A stretch of 64,000 bases of DNA. Origin: Candidatus Poseidoniaceae archaeon (lineage in GTDB: Archaea; Thermoplasmatota; Poseidoniia; Poseidoniales; Poseidoniaceae). Where the stretch lies: contig CALHIR010000005.1 in assembly GCA_938030705.1 (NCBI GenBank), positions 23,231-87,230 of the forward strand. The letters are read 5' to 3'. The translations under genes were made by a program, and so were the position numbers. Below, piece after piece: positions 63,742 through 64,000 of the stretch; position 1 is the first letter of the stretch; each line of letters begins with the position of its first letter. Under the pieces are notes generated by a model. That model was not told the DNA's origin. It ran no database searches and saw only the letters and a program-made list of their open reading frames with translations.

Positions 63742-64000
63742 ATGACGACCGTCTATGATATCCCTGCTGACATTTTCAACCCTGCTCTTGCCGTAGCAAT
63801 GGCTGACCAGAAGGCCATTAGCATGCCTGATTGGGGGCAATATGTGAAGACTGCAGTGGACCGCGAGCGCCCACCTACCCAAGAAAACTGGTGGTTCCTC
63901 CGAACGGCCGCCATTCTTCGGAAGGTCGCACGAAACGGCCCGATTGGCGTCACTCACCTGGCCCAAGCCTACGGCGGAAAGAAGGATAACGGCGCCATGC
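63742..64000 (+). CDS. rps19e: 30S ribosomal protein S19e (3' end beyond the window)
   Basis: Not in the ORF track because no stop falls inside the window. My translation from the ATG at 63742 is MTTVYDIPADIFNPALAVAMADQKAISMPDWGQYVKTAVDRERPPTQENWWFLRTAAILRKVARNGPIGVTHLAQAYGGKKDNGAM. It carries the eS19 hallmarks (VKT...E..P....WW..R.A.ILR.....GP.GV..L...YGG). Confidence 0.85.
   Translation, partial: MTTVYDIPADIFNPALAVAMADQKAISMPDWGQYVKTAVDRERPPTQENWWFLRTAAILRKVARNGPIGVTHLAQAYGGKKDNGAM

Noticed and set aside
63625-63966. Minus-strand ORFs (113 aa and 66 aa) at the right end of the window
   Set aside because: They are antisense to an unmistakable S19e coding sequence on the plus strand, which the track omits because it lacks an in-window stop.

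Overview
Gene-dense segment of about 50 protein genes with short spacers and many overlapping starts and stops. It reads as archaeal: it carries an SRP (7S) RNA, ribosomal protein S19e, archease, tRNA-splicing endonuclease EndA, a family-B DNA polymerase, geranylgeranyl reductase and an archaeal-type ValRS. Several very large secreted or anchored proteins are built from thrombospondin-type-3 (DxDxDGxxDxxE) repeats and PKD- and MAM-like modules, and they sit alongside peptidases. This suggests an uncultured marine heterotrophic euryarchaeon, Marine Group II/Poseidoniales-like (inference only). Housekeeping genes are alaS (5' truncated), valS, glyA, a serA-like dehydrogenase, pyrD, mdh, pntAA-pntAB-pntB, iscA-ygfZ, an aminotransferase, a type IA topoisomerase, pepP and a futalosine/CofH-type radical SAM enzyme. 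I recognised no rRNA, tRNA, CRISPR array, transposase or integrase. Main leads: (1) At 5.7-10.4 kb, a small translationally coupled ORF and a family-B polymerase with unrecognisable exonuclease motifs sit beside a RadB/ImuA-like RecA-fold ATPase and a Y-family polymerase; this may be an archaeal damage-tolerance cassette. (2) A TatC gene is fused to a Cys-rich MvhD/FlpD-like domain and lies between a twin-arginine substrate and a secreted metalloprotease. (3) A 1011-aa secreted protein ends in a PNGase F-like domain. (4) An orphan CcmE carries the variant CxxxY motif. (5) A PqqD/RRE-like protein and an untracked 57-aa hydrophobic ORF follow a 1185-aa surface protein. All calls come from reading the translations and motifs by eye; no searches were run.
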